Source: an uncultured Bacteroidales bacterium (lineage in GTDB: Bacteria; Bacteroidota; Bacteroidia; Bacteroidales; Paludibacteraceae). From it: a stretch of DNA of 64,000 nt. Below are positions 8,918 through 18,804 of this stretch, one piece after another. Numbering within the stretch: position 1 is the first letter of the stretch; every line of letters starts with the position of its first letter. The notes under the pieces are model-generated. The model saw nothing but the letters and a program-made list of their open reading frames with translations. It ran no database searches and was not told where the DNA came from. The stretch lies in the NCBI GenBank assembly GCA_902799555.1, contig CADCBB010000002.1:45552-109551 (forward strand), read 5' to 3'. The position numbers were made by a program, and so were the translations under genes.

Positions 8918-10552
8918 ATGAAACGAATTATCTTATTTGCATTGGTATTCGCGTTCTCTGGCAGTGTTTTGGCGCAAGTCCAACTGCCTCAGGTACGCCT
9001 GTTAGAGAACCAAGGATGGAGCATTCAGCATTCCGTCATGAGTTGGGACTCGTTGTCCGTCTATTTTTCTGCCAAGGAGCCGCAAGCGCCATCGTACGAC
9101 CTCTATGTCGTACGGGCTAACGGGTGGCGGTGGGGTGAACCCGAAAAACTCCGTTCAATCAGTACCGACGAAGATGAGTTATGGCCTTCCATCAGCAGTG
9201 ATGAGAGCATGCTCTTCTATGTGCATCGCACGCCGGCTACAAGAGAGAAGCATAGCTTCGAAAAGACCCAGATTTGGCGGGCCTGGTATCGCGACAATAC
9301 CTGGACGGAAGCCGCACCGATTATCATCAGCGGGGACGAAGACTCGCAACCTCAACTGTTGGAAGATAATTGCACCCTGCTTTTCATCCGTCGGGAGGAA
9401 AGTAAGAAGCACGACGGCGCTTGGCAGAACTGGACCAGCACCATGCTGGATGACCATAACTGGACCATTCCGGGCCTGTATAACATCGTTCCGCAGCCTC
9501 AGCCTCTCATGGCGGCTAACGGCACCTTGGTCATGGTCAAAGGTGGTCGACCGATCGCACAAGGATACGTGCTCGTCTATGATGCCACGAACGAGAAACT
9601 GCTACAGAAAGCAGCCGTACATACCCAGACCGGTCGATGGAAAGTGGCGCTGCAACAGAACCGCCGTTACCGACTGGCCCTTACTGCATCAGGCTACTCG
9701 CACCATTATATCGACATCGACACCCATACGCTCAACCGCCGCGAAGAGCGTTCGTTCGGTTCGATCGCTTTGGATGATCAATTGGCGTTGACGCTCCAGA
9801 CCTACGATAGCGAGACGCAAACTATCCTGCGGTCTAAAAAAGAGATCTTACCTCTAGGTAAGTTGCACACGCTCCGCTTGCAACACGAGGGCTACGAAGA
9901 CACAACGCTCACGGTCAATACCCAACGGCCTACCATCTTCACGGAGACCGAACTGGACATCGCCATGCGACCCAAGAAGAGCCTGCATCATTTCCGGGTG
10001 ATCAACCCGTTTACCGGAGACCGGATCGAAGAAGCACAACTGCGGATGAACGGTCAACCTACCCCTGCCGATACGGCCTTGCGACTGAATATGGAACGCA
10101 CCCTGCAAGTGTCTGCCAAGGGTTATATGTTCTACGACACGCTCTTCCATACCGGAAACGACACCCGCGAACGAACGGTCGTGGTGGCGCTACTGCCGAT
10201 TCAGAAAGATATGGTGCTCCAACTAAGGAACATCCAATTCGAGCATGACTCCTACGAACTAACCGAGAGTTCGAACGATGAGTTGGAGTCCCTGGCCCAA
10301 TTGCTAATCACGAACCCCACCCTGCGTATCGAGTTATCGTCCCATACCGATGATCAAGGTTCCGACAAATACAACGACCGGCTGTCCACTTTACGCGGTC
10401 AAGCGGTAGAAAAATGGCTCGTACAACGAGGCATACCTGCCGATCGTATGGTCATCGTAGGCTACGGCAAACGCAAACCGCTCGTACCCAACGACAGCGA
10501 TGAACAACGCGCCATCAACCGCCGCGTGGAGATAAAAGTGCTTGATTTCTAA
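8918..10552 (+). CDS. OmpA-family outer-membrane/periplasmic protein with PD40-like N-terminal region
   Basis: Signal peptide MKRIILFALVFAFSGSVLA/Q. PD40-like motif ELWPSISSDESMLFYV. C-terminal OmpA domain (NIQFEHDSYEL, DRLSTLRGQAV, NRRVEIKV). Confidence 0.75.
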   Translation: MKRIILFALVFAFSGSVLAQVQLPQVRLLENQGWSIQHSVMSWDSLSVYFSAKEPQAPSYDLYVVRANGWRWGEPEKLRSISTDEDELWPSISSDESMLFYVHRTPATREKHSFEKTQIWRAWYRDNTWTEAAPIIISGDEDSQPQLLEDNCTLLFIRREESKKHDGAWQNWTSTMLDDHNWTIPGLYNIVPQPQPLMAANGTLVMVKGGRPIAQGYVLVYDATNEKLLQKAAVHTQTGRWKVALQQNRRYRLALTASGYSHHYIDIDTHTLNRREERSFGSIALDDQLALTLQTYDSETQTILRSKKEILPLGKLHTLRLQHEGYEDTTLTVNTQRPTIFTETELDIAMRPKKSLHHFRVINPFTGDRIEEAQLRMNGQPTPADTALRLNMERTLQVSAKGYMFYDTLFHTGNDTRERTVVVALLPIQKDMVLQLRNIQFEHDSYELTESSNDELESLAQLLITNPTLRIELSSHTDDQGSDKYNDRLSTLRGQAVEKWLVQRGIPADRMVIVGYGKRKPLVPNDSDEQRAINRRVEIKVLDF

Positions 10553-10564
10553 ATTCAAACGACC

Positions 10565-11989
10565 ATGACTCATATCAAATATATCATCTTTTGCCTTTTG
10601 TCTTTGAGCCTAGCGGTCTTTTCTCCCGTTCAGGCACAAGAGAAATACAGCGTTGTCTTGGCGCAGTCCAAGCAACTCAGTCCGTACGAAGCTATCTATC
10701 TTCTCATGGACTATCAGCAGTGGAAACCCGAACTGCCGGGTGTCTATTACGAGTTGGGAAACCTCACCTACGACCTGCTGCCGACGCGGGATCCGCTGCA
10801 TCATTATTCCGAACTCAGTACACTCCTCTACCGTTCGCGGCTCTTCTACGGAAACTGCCTGCATTTTGCCAGGGACCAAAAACTGCCCGGTTGGCAATAC
10901 GCCGAGATCGCGAACGGTCAGAAAAAGATCGAATACGAGCACTTGGAGCAGTATATCCGTCCGCGTCTGGAAGAGGTACAACGCCAGCAGATCGCCTGCG
11001 ACTCCATCCATCATTCGTTCGTGCGAATGACCGAACGGTACAACCGTTGTCGCAACCTTTTTGCGGACTTCCTCAGTCGTTATACCCGTGAGAAAACCGC
11101 TCATCTGCGTTTGCAACCCGAGGAGCAACAGTCCCTTTTGGCGCTGCAACAGGCTGCAGACAGTCTCGATACCGATATCGCGCAGTACCAAAGCGCCTTA
11201 ACCCTGCAAGCCATCCCGGGCTATGCTCCTTCGTTCCGCAAAGAGGCAATCGTGCTCTACCGTCTGGATGGACTGACCTACACGGATTTTCTGCAGAACG
11301 ACATCGTCATCTGGGATTATAGCCGATGGGTGACCGCTTTCCTGAACGAGCAACATGCGGTCTATGATGCGCTCTATACCGATATCCGTCGCGAACTCAA
11401 GAACTTGCGCACGCAAGTGGCGCAGTACGAAGCGGGCAAGCCCATCCAGGGCCGTATCGATGCGTCTCTTATCGGCCGTTGTGACCGTTTGGAGTTGGCG
11501 AACGAACAGGTGGACTCCATCCGTACGATGCAGCAGACCGTCCTCAACGGTTTGGCTGAACAGACGATCGCGCAGAGTGCTGCACCTAAGACACTCCGTG
11601 AGATGCTCCCCATCCTACAAGTAGCGGCGGAACGGAGTCAGGCTACACCCGACAGCGCCATCTTACGGATGAACGAACAACTCATTGCGTTCGCCCAACC
11701 TTTACGCATCCAACAACAACCCACCTATACCAACCCTGTCTCCGGCGATATCATCCGCTATGAGACGATGCCGGGTGAAGAGGTCTTCTGCCTGCTGCCG
11801 GACGAGAGAGGTTATCGTTGTGTGCTGGTCGATGAAGAAGGAGCCACCTGCGTACTTCTACTCAACCGCGAACTCAGCGTGCAGAAAAGACCCCTCCGCA
11901 AGATCGACGAGAAACCGCTGCTCTTCTCCAAGATTCCGGGTAACAATTGGGTGTTGATCACCGATAAAAACGTCTATTACCTGCCATGA
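10565..11989 (+). CDS. Secreted hypothetical protein
   Basis: 474-aa ORF with signal peptide ending SPVQA/QEK. Its stop overlaps the aroB start (ATGA). No family recognised. Confidence 0.6.
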   Translation: MTHIKYIIFCLLSLSLAVFSPVQAQEKYSVVLAQSKQLSPYEAIYLLMDYQQWKPELPGVYYELGNLTYDLLPTRDPLHHYSELSTLLYRSRLFYGNCLHFARDQKLPGWQYAEIANGQKKIEYEHLEQYIRPRLEEVQRQQIACDSIHHSFVRMTERYNRCRNLFADFLSRYTREKTAHLRLQPEEQQSLLALQQAADSLDTDIAQYQSALTLQAIPGYAPSFRKEAIVLYRLDGLTYTDFLQNDIVIWDYSRWVTAFLNEQHAVYDALYTDIRRELKNLRTQVAQYEAGKPIQGRIDASLIGRCDRLELANEQVDSIRTMQQTVLNGLAEQTIAQSAAPKTLREMLPILQVAAERSQATPDSAILRMNEQLIAFAQPLRIQQQPTYTNPVSGDIIRYETMPGEEVFCLLPDERGYRCVLVDEEGATCVLLLNRELSVQKRPLRKIDEKPLLFSKIPGNNWVLITDKNVYYLP

Positions 11990-13008
11990 TTTGTAACGAT
12001 CTCTCTATCGCCCTTGCGCCCATCCTTGCCCGTTACGACAAGAACCAGATCGTTGTGGTGTATGACCAAAATATCACACTTCCCACAGACGTAGCCGGTC
12101 TCGCTTCTCATAGTGTATACGGTCTCTCCGTCTCCGAGACTGCTAAGTCTCTCGAGACAGTCTCCCTTGTCTGGGATTTTCTCTTTGAGAAAGGCATCAC
12201 GCGTCGCGGCCTGCTTATTGCCGTCGGCGGAGGCATCTTGACCGACCTCTGCGGCTTTGCCGCTTCAACATACAAGCGCGGTATCGACTACGTCAATATA
12301 CCTTCCACCCTGCTTGCCATGATCGATGCTTCATCGGGTGGCAAGACGGGGTTCAACTACCATGGGCTAAAGAACAGTATCGGTCTTTTTGCGCCACCGG
12401 TCGCCACCCTCATCTGGCCTCAATGGCTCCGCACCTTACCTCCGCAACAATTCCTCTGCGGCTTCGCCGAGATGCTCAAGACCGGGTTAATAGCCGACCA
12501 ATGCCTCTGGTCCCGCCTCTTGCAATACGACCTCGACACAATGGATATAGACGCCCTCACGCCGCTCATCCGGGACTGCGTAGCCGTCAAAGAGCAGATT
12601 GTAGCGGCGGACCCGCGCGAGGAAGGCATACGCAAGACTCTCAATTTCGGCCACACCTTCGGCCATGCTTTGGAAGAACTCAGTCATACACAAGCAACGC
12701 CGCTCGACCACGGGTATGCAGTGCTCTACGGCATGATCGCCGAACTGTATCTGAGTGTCGTCAAACTCGCCTGTCCCAAAGAACCGCTGCAACAACTCAC
12801 GCAACTCATGCTGCATGCTTACGGCAAACCGCAATGCAAGTGTTCCGACCGCGATCCGCTCATCGCACTCATGCAGCAGGATAAGAAGAACGAACACGCG
12901 GAGGAAATCAATTGCACCTTGCTGCAAGCTGTCGGACAGCCGCTTATCAACCAACTTATCACGCCGCAAGAGGCCGCTGAAGCCATCGACTATCTTTTTA
13001 GTATATAA
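11986..13008 (+). CDS. aroB: 3-dehydroquinate synthase
   Basis: Motifs GGGILTDLCGFAAS and LNFGHTFGHALE. Confidence 0.85.
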   Translation: MICNDLSIALAPILARYDKNQIVVVYDQNITLPTDVAGLASHSVYGLSVSETAKSLETVSLVWDFLFEKGITRRGLLIAVGGGILTDLCGFAASTYKRGIDYVNIPSTLLAMIDASSGGKTGFNYHGLKNSIGLFAPPVATLIWPQWLRTLPPQQFLCGFAEMLKTGLIADQCLWSRLLQYDLDTMDIDALTPLIRDCVAVKEQIVAADPREEGIRKTLNFGHTFGHALEELSHTQATPLDHGYAVLYGMIAELYLSVVKLACPKEPLQQLTQLMLHAYGKPQCKCSDRDPLIALMQQDKKNEHAEEINCTLLQAVGQPLINQLITPQEAAEAIDYLFSI

Positions 13009-13023
13009 AAAAGACCGTTCCTC

Positions 13024-13054
13024 TTGCATATTTGCAAAAAAAGCAGTACCTTTG
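13024..13054 (+). promoter_or_regulatory. Promoter for polyprenyl synthase
   Basis: TTGCATATTTGCAAAAAAAGCAGTACCTTTG. Confidence 0.65.
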
Positions 13055-13071
13055 TACCCGATTTGACAATC

Positions 13072-14064
13072 ATGGCCACGATAGCAGACATACGACGACC
13101 GATCGAATCCGAATGGAGGCAGTACGAACGCCTTATGGAGTCATCCCTGCGCGCAGATAACAAACTGCAGCAGGAGGTGCTATCCTATGTCGGTTCGCGT
13201 CGTGGCAAACAGTTGCGACCCTTGCTCACAATCCTGGCGGCGCAGATATGCAACCCCGTGACGGATAAGACTTTGCGCTCAGCGGTTGCCCTCGAGTTGC
13301 TCCATACCGCCAGCCTCGTGCACGACGATGTGGTCGATAGTTCGGACATGCGCCGAGGCGTCGCTTCCGTCCATGCCAAATGGACCAATAAAGTGGCGGT
13401 ACTGATCGGCGACTATATGTTAGCCAAAGTGATCGGACTCGTGGCGGAGGTGCGAAACATCCGCATCCTCGAGATCGTTTCCAACCTCGGTAAGAGCCTC
13501 TCCAGCGGCGAGATGGTGCAGCTCCATGTCGGGCAATCGATGTGGATCGACGAAGAGCGCTATTTCAAAGTGATCGAACAGAAGACCGCCCAACTCTTCC
13601 AGGCCTGTGCCGAAGCGGGTGCCGAAAGTGCAGGATGTACCCAACGTCAGCGGGCTTCCCTGCGCGAATACGGACGGATGTTAGGTCTCTGCTTCCAAAT
13701 CAAGGATGATATCTTCGATTATAGCGATCTCGAAGAGATCGGTAAACCGACGATGAGTGACCTTCGTGATGGCAAAGTGACGCTGCCGCTTATCGAAGCC
13801 CTGCGGCGTGCACCGCAAGATGAAGCAGAGCATATACGCGAGTTGGGCGAACTCTTAGCCGCACATAGTGAGACGATCGAGACGGACAAAGCGCTCCAGG
13901 AAATCAAGGCTTTCGTCCTGCGTTTCCACGGCGATGACTATGCAGTACAACAGATGCTGGATTTCAAAAAGAAAGCCACGGAAGCCCTAAGCGTGTTCCG
14001 TGACTGCGAGGAAAAAAGAAGTCTGCTGGCCTTACTCGACTACGCCATCAATCGCGTCCAGTAA
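13072..14064 (+). CDS. Polyprenyl diphosphate synthase (long-chain, IspB-like)
   Basis: Both Asp-rich motifs are present (LVHDDVVD, FQIKDDIFD). ATG 13072 follows the promoter block at 13024-13054. Confidence 0.85.
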   Translation: MATIADIRRPIESEWRQYERLMESSLRADNKLQQEVLSYVGSRRGKQLRPLLTILAAQICNPVTDKTLRSAVALELLHTASLVHDDVVDSSDMRRGVASVHAKWTNKVAVLIGDYMLAKVIGLVAEVRNIRILEIVSNLGKSLSSGEMVQLHVGQSMWIDEERYFKVIEQKTAQLFQACAEAGAESAGCTQRQRASLREYGRMLGLCFQIKDDIFDYSDLEEIGKPTMSDLRDGKVTLPLIEALRRAPQDEAEHIRELGELLAAHSETIETDKALQEIKAFVLRFHGDDYAVQQMLDFKKKATEALSVFRDCEEKRSLLALLDYAINRVQ

Positions 14065-14643
14065 TTGCTCACGAAGGGCTTCGTCAGAGATAGTATTAAG
14101 GACATCTTTCATAAACGCGTTAACGAGCAGTTGACGCGCTTTTTCTTTATCGATACCGCGTTGCTGCATATAGAAGAGTGCCGACTCGTCCAACTGACCC
14201 GTACTCGCGCCATGCGTTGCTTTCACATCATCCGCGTAAATCTCCAACTGCGGCTGGGTGCGCATTTCTGCCTTCTCACTCAGCACCAGGTTTCGGTTCG
14301 TCTGATGCGCTTCCGTCTGCTGGGCATCCGGCGCGATCTTCAGATCACCGATAAAACGGCCGCGGGCGTTGTCCTCCAGTACAAACTTGATGAGTTGGTT
14401 GGATGTACCGCCGCCTACGCTATGCGTCACATGGGTCTCGGCCGTCACGTCGTCTTCTCCGCGCAGGTGTTCCAGGCCATATATCTCCGTGGTGCAACCC
14501 TCGCCGATCTGGTTCACCGTGATCGAGAAAGGCGCATTGATGACATGGATCTTGACATGCGAATCAGCCTCCTGCTCAATGTTCAGCCGGACCTCTTCGT
14601 TCACGAAGACGCGCTCATATGTCTCGCCCTTACAGACCTTCAT
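14032..14643 (-). CDS. Short SufB/SufD-family Fe-S assembly protein (SufD-like, 203 aa)
   Basis: Beta-helix signature [24 protein letters not shown]. The ATG overlaps the sufC stop by 14 nt. The N-terminal half of a canonical SufD is absent. Confidence 0.65.
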   Translation of the reverse strand: MKVCKGETYERVFVNEEVRLNIEQEADSHVKIHVINAPFSITVNQIGEGCTTEIYGLEHLRGEDDVTAETHVTHSVGGGTSNQLIKFVLEDNARGRFIGDLKIAPDAQQTEAHQTNRNLVLSEKAEMRTQPQLEIYADDVKATHGASTGQLDESALFYMQQRGIDKEKARQLLVNAFMKDVLNTISDEALREQLLDAIDGVVE

Positions 14644-15373
14644 AACCTTTCTCTTCCAGTTCGAGCGCCAAACTCTTATCGCCGGTCTTCACGATTCTTC
14701 CGTCCGCCAACACATGCACAAAATCCGGTACGATATAATCCAGCAGACGCTGGTAGTGGGTGATCACAATGGATGCGTTATGCGGGGTCTTGAGTTTATT
14801 TACCCCTTCGGCTACAATACGCAACGCATCGATATCCAGACCCGAATCGGTCTCATCCAGTATCGACAGACAGGGCTCCAACATCGCCATCTGGAAGATC
14901 TCGTTTTTCTTCTTCTCGCCGCCGGAGAATCCTTCGTTCACCGAGCGGTTATTGAGTTTATCCGGCAACTCCAGCATCTTTTTCTTCTCACGCATCAACG
15001 CCAGAAACTCTTTCGCACTCAGCGGTTCTTTGCCTTCATACGCACGCTTGGCATTGATCGCCGTACGCATGAAATTGGTCATACTCACGCCGGGTATCTC
15101 TACCGGATATTGAAAACTAAGGAATACGCCCGCGCGTGCGCGCACCTCGGGTGCCATCTCCAAGAGGTTCTCGCCTTTTAGGTACACCTCACCGCTCGTC
15201 ACTTCATAGGCCGGATTGCCGGTCAGCACCGCACTCAGCGTACTCTTGCCCGCTCCGTTCGGACCCATGATAGCATGCACCTCGCCTTCGTTGATGACGA
15301 GGTTAACCCCTTTGAGTATCTCTTTGCCGCCTATCGAGGCATGCAGATCTTTTATTTCAAGTAAAGCTTTCAC
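14630..15373 (-). CDS. sufC: Fe-S cluster assembly ATPase SufC
   Basis: Walker [10 protein letters not shown], signature SGGEKK, Walker [14 protein letters not shown] start. Confidence 0.9.
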   Translation of the reverse strand: MKALLEIKDLHASIGGKEILKGVNLVINEGEVHAIMGPNGAGKSTLSAVLTGNPAYEVTSGEVYLKGENLLEMAPEVRARAGVFLSFQYPVEIPGVSMTNFMRTAINAKRAYEGKEPLSAKEFLALMREKKKMLELPDKLNNRSVNEGFSGGEKKKNEIFQMAMLEPCLSILDETDSGLDIDALRIVAEGVNKLKTPHNASIVITHYQRLLDYIVPDFVHVLADGRIVKTGDKSLALELEEKGYEGL

Positions 15374-15402
15374 TCTTTAATTCTTTCACTCTTTCATTCT
15401 TT
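15366..15402 (-). repeat. Octamer micro-array AAAGARTK x4.5
   Basis: Minus strand AAAGAATG-AAAGAGTG-AAAGAATT-AAAGAGTG-AAAGC. Spans the QC stop to the sufC GTG start. Confidence 0.85.
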
Positions 15403-16372
15403 ACAATTGAGCCATCACCACTTCGCCTACAGCCTGCAGGGTCTGTTTGCTGATATTACTCATGTCGTCCTGACGCGTGTGCCACCAGGCCGGAAAACCG
15501 GTCGCATTGCGGATGTCGTAATGGATCACATCCACGCACGGGATGCCGGCGATATAGTTGATATAATAATGGTCGTCGGTGATGGGGTACGAACGTTGGT
15601 TCGAGAACATCGCGCCATAACCCAACTGCTCAGCCGACCGCCAAATCTTCTGCTGATAGTTCTGCGCATACTGACTCGAGTACATCTCTAGCGGGAATAC
15701 CGCATCCGGCGCACCTACCATGTCCAAGATCAGACCGTACTGGTAAGCAGGACTGCGTTTATGCATATAGTTGGCGGCCCATAACTGCGAACCCAAACAC
15801 CAGGTATCTTCGCGTTCTTCACCCGTATAGACACGCGGCGTACCCATATCTTCGACATCAAAGAAGATGATATCCACCGGCGTCAGGATGGTATTCCGCA
15901 TGCCTAACTGACGCGCTACTTCCAGCAACACACCTACGCCACTCGCGCCGTCATTGGCGCCCGGCACATTGTAAAAACGGTCTTCGTAATTAGGCTCCTC
16001 ATCGCACCACGGACGGCAGTCATAATGTGCTCCCAACAGGATACGAGCCCTGGACGCTTGTTCCGGCGCACCGAAATGACCGATGATATTGAAGATCTGC
16101 TGGTTGTTACCGCGATAGTCCGGCATGAAACCTTTCTGCAACTCTACCTCGGCGCCAAACGCCCGCAGTTGTTCGATCAACCAAACGGCACATTGTGTAT
16201 GCGATGCACTGTTCGGGACACGCGGACCGAAAGCCATCTGCTTCTCGATATACACATACGCGCTATCTGCACAGAAAGACGGTCGTGCTGTGACCGCCTG
16301 CTGCTTATTACAAGACACCAGAATCCCTAAGAAGCCTAGGATTCCTAGGATTATTAACCTTTCAACTTTCAC
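15401..16372 (-). CDS. Glutaminyl-peptide cyclotransferase (M28-fold, animal-type QC) lipoprotein
   Basis: Lipobox LGILVSC. M28-like metal-site context (GANDGASGVGVLLE, FFDVEDMG, LDMVG, TDDH). By recollection it resembles the Porphyromonas/Tannerella glutaminyl cyclases. GTG start. Confidence 0.7.
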   Translation of the reverse strand: MKVERLIILGILGFLGILVSCNKQQAVTARPSFCADSAYVYIEKQMAFGPRVPNSASHTQCAVWLIEQLRAFGAEVELQKGFMPDYRGNNQQIFNIIGHFGAPEQASRARILLGAHYDCRPWCDEEPNYEDRFYNVPGANDGASGVGVLLEVARQLGMRNTILTPVDIIFFDVEDMGTPRVYTGEEREDTWCLGSQLWAANYMHKRSPAYQYGLILDMVGAPDAVFPLEMYSSQYAQNYQQKIWRSAEQLGYGAMFSNQRSYPITDDHYYINYIAGIPCVDVIHYDIRNATGFPAWWHTRQDDMSNISKQTLQAVGEVVMAQL

Positions 16373-16390
16373 CTTTAACCTTTCAACTTT
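16356..16390 (-). repeat. Heptamer micro-array AAAGNTN x5
   Basis: Plus strand AACCTTT-CAACTTT-CACCTTT-AACCTTT-CAACTTT. Spans from just after the prs stop to beyond the QC GTG start. Confidence 0.85.
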
Positions 16391-16391
16391 A

Positions 16392-17351
16392 TTATCGTTC
16401 GTTCGTCTCGCTGACGGAAGTATGGTTTTGAATGGCAGAGATCGTTCGGGCGATCGATAACGCTAAGGTCTCCAGATGCAATTTGGAGCAGCATGCAGGA
16501 TCGATCGGCAGCGAGTCGGTGCATATCAGTTGTTCCAAAGCCGACTCCTCGATACGCTGACATGCGTTACCGCTCAGCACACCGTGCGTCACTACAGCAC
16601 GCACGCTCTTCGCGCCACCGGCCATCATCACCTCAGCTGCCTTGCAGAGCGTACCGGCGGTGTCGGCGATGTCATCGAAGATGACCACATCCTTGCCGTA
16701 CACATCGCCCAGCACACGAATCTCGGACACTTTGTTGAAGTCAGGACGGTTCTTATAGCAGATCACCATCGGCACCTCATGATTGGTCAGCACATGCAGT
16801 TTCTTCGCAAAATTAGACGCACGCTTCGAACCGCCCACGTCCGGAGATGCCACAATCAGTTTCTTCAGGTTGAGACTCGCGATATACGGCGCCAATACGT
16901 TCGAGCCGTAGATATGGTCCACCGGAATATCGAAGAATCCCTGGATCTGATCGGCATGCAGATCGACCGTGATCACACGGTCTGCACCGGCTGTCTGCAG
17001 CATGTTCGCTACCAGCTTGGCACCGATCGACACACGCGGTTTGTCCTTGCGGTCCTGACGCGCCCATCCGAAATACGGAATGACTGCCACTACCTTGTAC
17101 GCACTCGCACGTTTCGCCGCATCGATCATCAATAGCAACTCCATCAGGTTATCGCTTGTCGGACAGGTCGGTTGAACCAGATAAACCGACTGACCACGAA
17201 CCGACTCCTCAAAATAAGCGCAGAACTCGCCGTCCGAAAAACGGTCCACACGCACGGACCCTAACGGGCAACCCAATTCATCACAGATACGTTGTGCCAA
17301 AGCCTGTCCCTTAGAACCGGCAAAAACCTTAAACTGCTTGCTCTCTTCCAT
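16392..17351 (-). CDS. prs: Ribose-phosphate pyrophosphokinase
   Basis: DLHADQIQGFFDIPVD and PRPP loop VIFDDIADTAGT. ATG 17351 preferred over TTG 17366. Confidence 0.9.
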   Translation of the reverse strand: MEESKQFKVFAGSKGQALAQRICDELGCPLGSVRVDRFSDGEFCAYFEESVRGQSVYLVQPTCPTSDNLMELLLMIDAAKRASAYKVVAVIPYFGWARQDRKDKPRVSIGAKLVANMLQTAGADRVITVDLHADQIQGFFDIPVDHIYGSNVLAPYIASLNLKKLIVASPDVGGSKRASNFAKKLHVLTNHEVPMVICYKNRPDFNKVSEIRVLGDVYGKDVVIFDDIADTAGTLCKAAEVMMAGGAKSVRAVVTHGVLSGNACQRIEESALEQLICTDSLPIDPACCSKLHLETLALSIARTISAIQNHTSVSETNER

Positions 17352-17369
17352 ATAGCTAATCGCCAAATA

Positions 17370-17675
17370 TTACTTTTTCTTCTTTTTATTGTCGGCCGGA
17401 ACCTCGCCCATCAAGGCCTTGAAAGCCTTCGAATCGCAGGTTAACTTACCGTCCGACAGACGGATGATATCCTCGCGTACACGGTTGATACCGGACTCTT
17501 GATCTCTGTTCCATACCATGTTTCGCTGACGCATACATTGCGCGATATACACCTCCAAGGTCTCTCGCTCCTGACCCTTCGGTAACGCAGAGGCATACGC
17601 GATCATATCTTGCACAATTCGGCCGTAGTTACGCATCCGAATAGGTGCCGAGTTTCTTTTCAATTGCAGTGTCAT
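17370..17675 (-). CDS. Small conserved protein, DUF4290-like
   Basis: The YGRIVQDMI... pattern I associate with DUF4290; family call is from memory only. ATG 17675. Confidence 0.5.
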   Translation of the reverse strand: MTLQLKRNSAPIRMRNYGRIVQDMIAYASALPKGQERETLEVYIAQCMRQRNMVWNRDQESGINRVREDIIRLSDGKLTCDSKAFKALMGEVPADNKKKKK

Positions 17676-17677
17676 AT

Positions 17678-17698
17678 CTTCAATCTTCAATTTTCAAT
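17678..17698 (-). repeat. Heptamer micro-array ATTGAAG x3
   Basis: Plus strand CTTCAAT-CTTCAAT-TTTCAAT, between the EEP gene stop and the DUF4290 ATG. Confidence 0.75.
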
Positions 17699-17699
17699 C

Positions 17700-18791
17700 T
17701 TATTTCTTTCTAATTAAGTAAATCATTGTCGGATAGTGGTCTCCGTAGCCGTTCTGCCATACGCCGCCTTTGGTCGTACGGAACGGCGTACCCTTATCCT
17801 TACCTTCCTGAACGGTCAGGAACGGCTTGTTGAAGATCTGCGCTTTCCAGTACGTCCATTTGCCGGACTCCAGAGTCTCGTTCATCAGCGGTTCACTGAT
17901 AATGATCTGGTCGAATAAGTTCCAACTGCCGTTGTATGCCAATGAACCGATTCCGCGATCCAGCATCTGCCACATCGTATTGAAATAGCCTTGCGGCTCT
18001 ACTTCCTCACGATGCTTGCGGGCTTTCAGCACATCTTTACAGCTGTGGTTGTACGGGTCGTCGTTCAAGTCACCCATGATCACAATCTTCGCTTTCGGCT
18101 CTTTGAGGTAGATCGAGTCACATATACTCTTCACGAGCATCGCGGCTGTGTCACGACCCGGACGGCTCGATAACTCACCGCCGTAACGACTCGGCCAGTG
18201 GTTCACGATCACATGAATCTTCTCCGGTCTGCCGTCACCCATCAGGTATCCCGACACGCATAACTGCAGACGAGTCTTGATCACACCGCCGTCCGCATAG
18301 TGCGCCTTGAGTTCAAATCCGTTCACCTTGCTCGGCTTGAACATCACCGAGTCATACAAAAATCCTACATCTACACCACGACGATCCGGACCTTCCAGCA
18401 AGATCGGTTTCAAACGACGACCGTATTTACTGTTCGCCTCCGCGCACAGGTCATTCAGACAGCCGATATTCTCCACCTCCGCTACACCGATACAGGCAGC
18501 GCCGCGCGGGTCATAATCCGTACCTAACTGCGAAACGGCATAGGCCATATTCTTCACCTTGTTCTCGTATTTCAGGCTCGTCCATTTCATACCGCCGTCC
18601 GGCAAGTACTCATAGTCGTTCTTCCCCTCATCGTGAATGGTGTCGAAAAGGTTTTCGAGGTTATAGAACGCAATACAACGAACAAATTGACCCTCGTTCG
18701 CATTCTCGTTCTCCTGTGCGCTCACCGCACTCGTCATGGCCAGCATCATCGCCGCCACCCAAATCATCGTGTGTTTCATAATATAGTTCAT
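17700..18791 (-). CDS. Secreted endonuclease/exonuclease/phosphatase (EEP) family protein
   Basis: Signal peptide ending MTSAVSA/QEN. EEP motifs NLENLFD, GDLNDDP, GDHYP. Candidate ATG starts at 18779, 18791 and 18824. Confidence 0.7.
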   Translation of the reverse strand: MNYIMKHTMIWVAAMMLAMTSAVSAQENENANEGQFVRCIAFYNLENLFDTIHDEGKNDYEYLPDGGMKWTSLKYENKVKNMAYAVSQLGTDYDPRGAACIGVAEVENIGCLNDLCAEANSKYGRRLKPILLEGPDRRGVDVGFLYDSVMFKPSKVNGFELKAHYADGGVIKTRLQLCVSGYLMGDGRPEKIHVIVNHWPSRYGGELSSRPGRDTAAMLVKSICDSIYLKEPKAKIVIMGDLNDDPYNHSCKDVLKARKHREEVEPQGYFNTMWQMLDRGIGSLAYNGSWNLFDQIIISEPLMNETLESGKWTYWKAQIFNKPFLTVQEGKDKGTPFRTTKGGVWQNGYGDHYPTMIYLIRKK

Positions 18792-18804
18792 TCTATTATC
18801 TTTC

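Noticed and set aside
14032-14643. Short SufD-like gene as a truncated pseudogene
   Set aside because: It has a clean ATG coupled to the sufC stop and an intact C-terminal signature. There are no out-of-frame remnants of an N-terminal half upstream, where that space is occupied by sufC. It is treated as a genuine short form pending genome-wide comparison.
16321-16350. Paired CCTAGG palindromes (GAATCCCTAAGAAGCCTAGGATTCCTAGGATT) as a regulatory inverted repeat
   Set aside because: The sequence lies inside the QC signal peptide and simply encodes the repetitive ILGILGFLGIL hydrophobic core, so the symmetry is explained by codon repetition.
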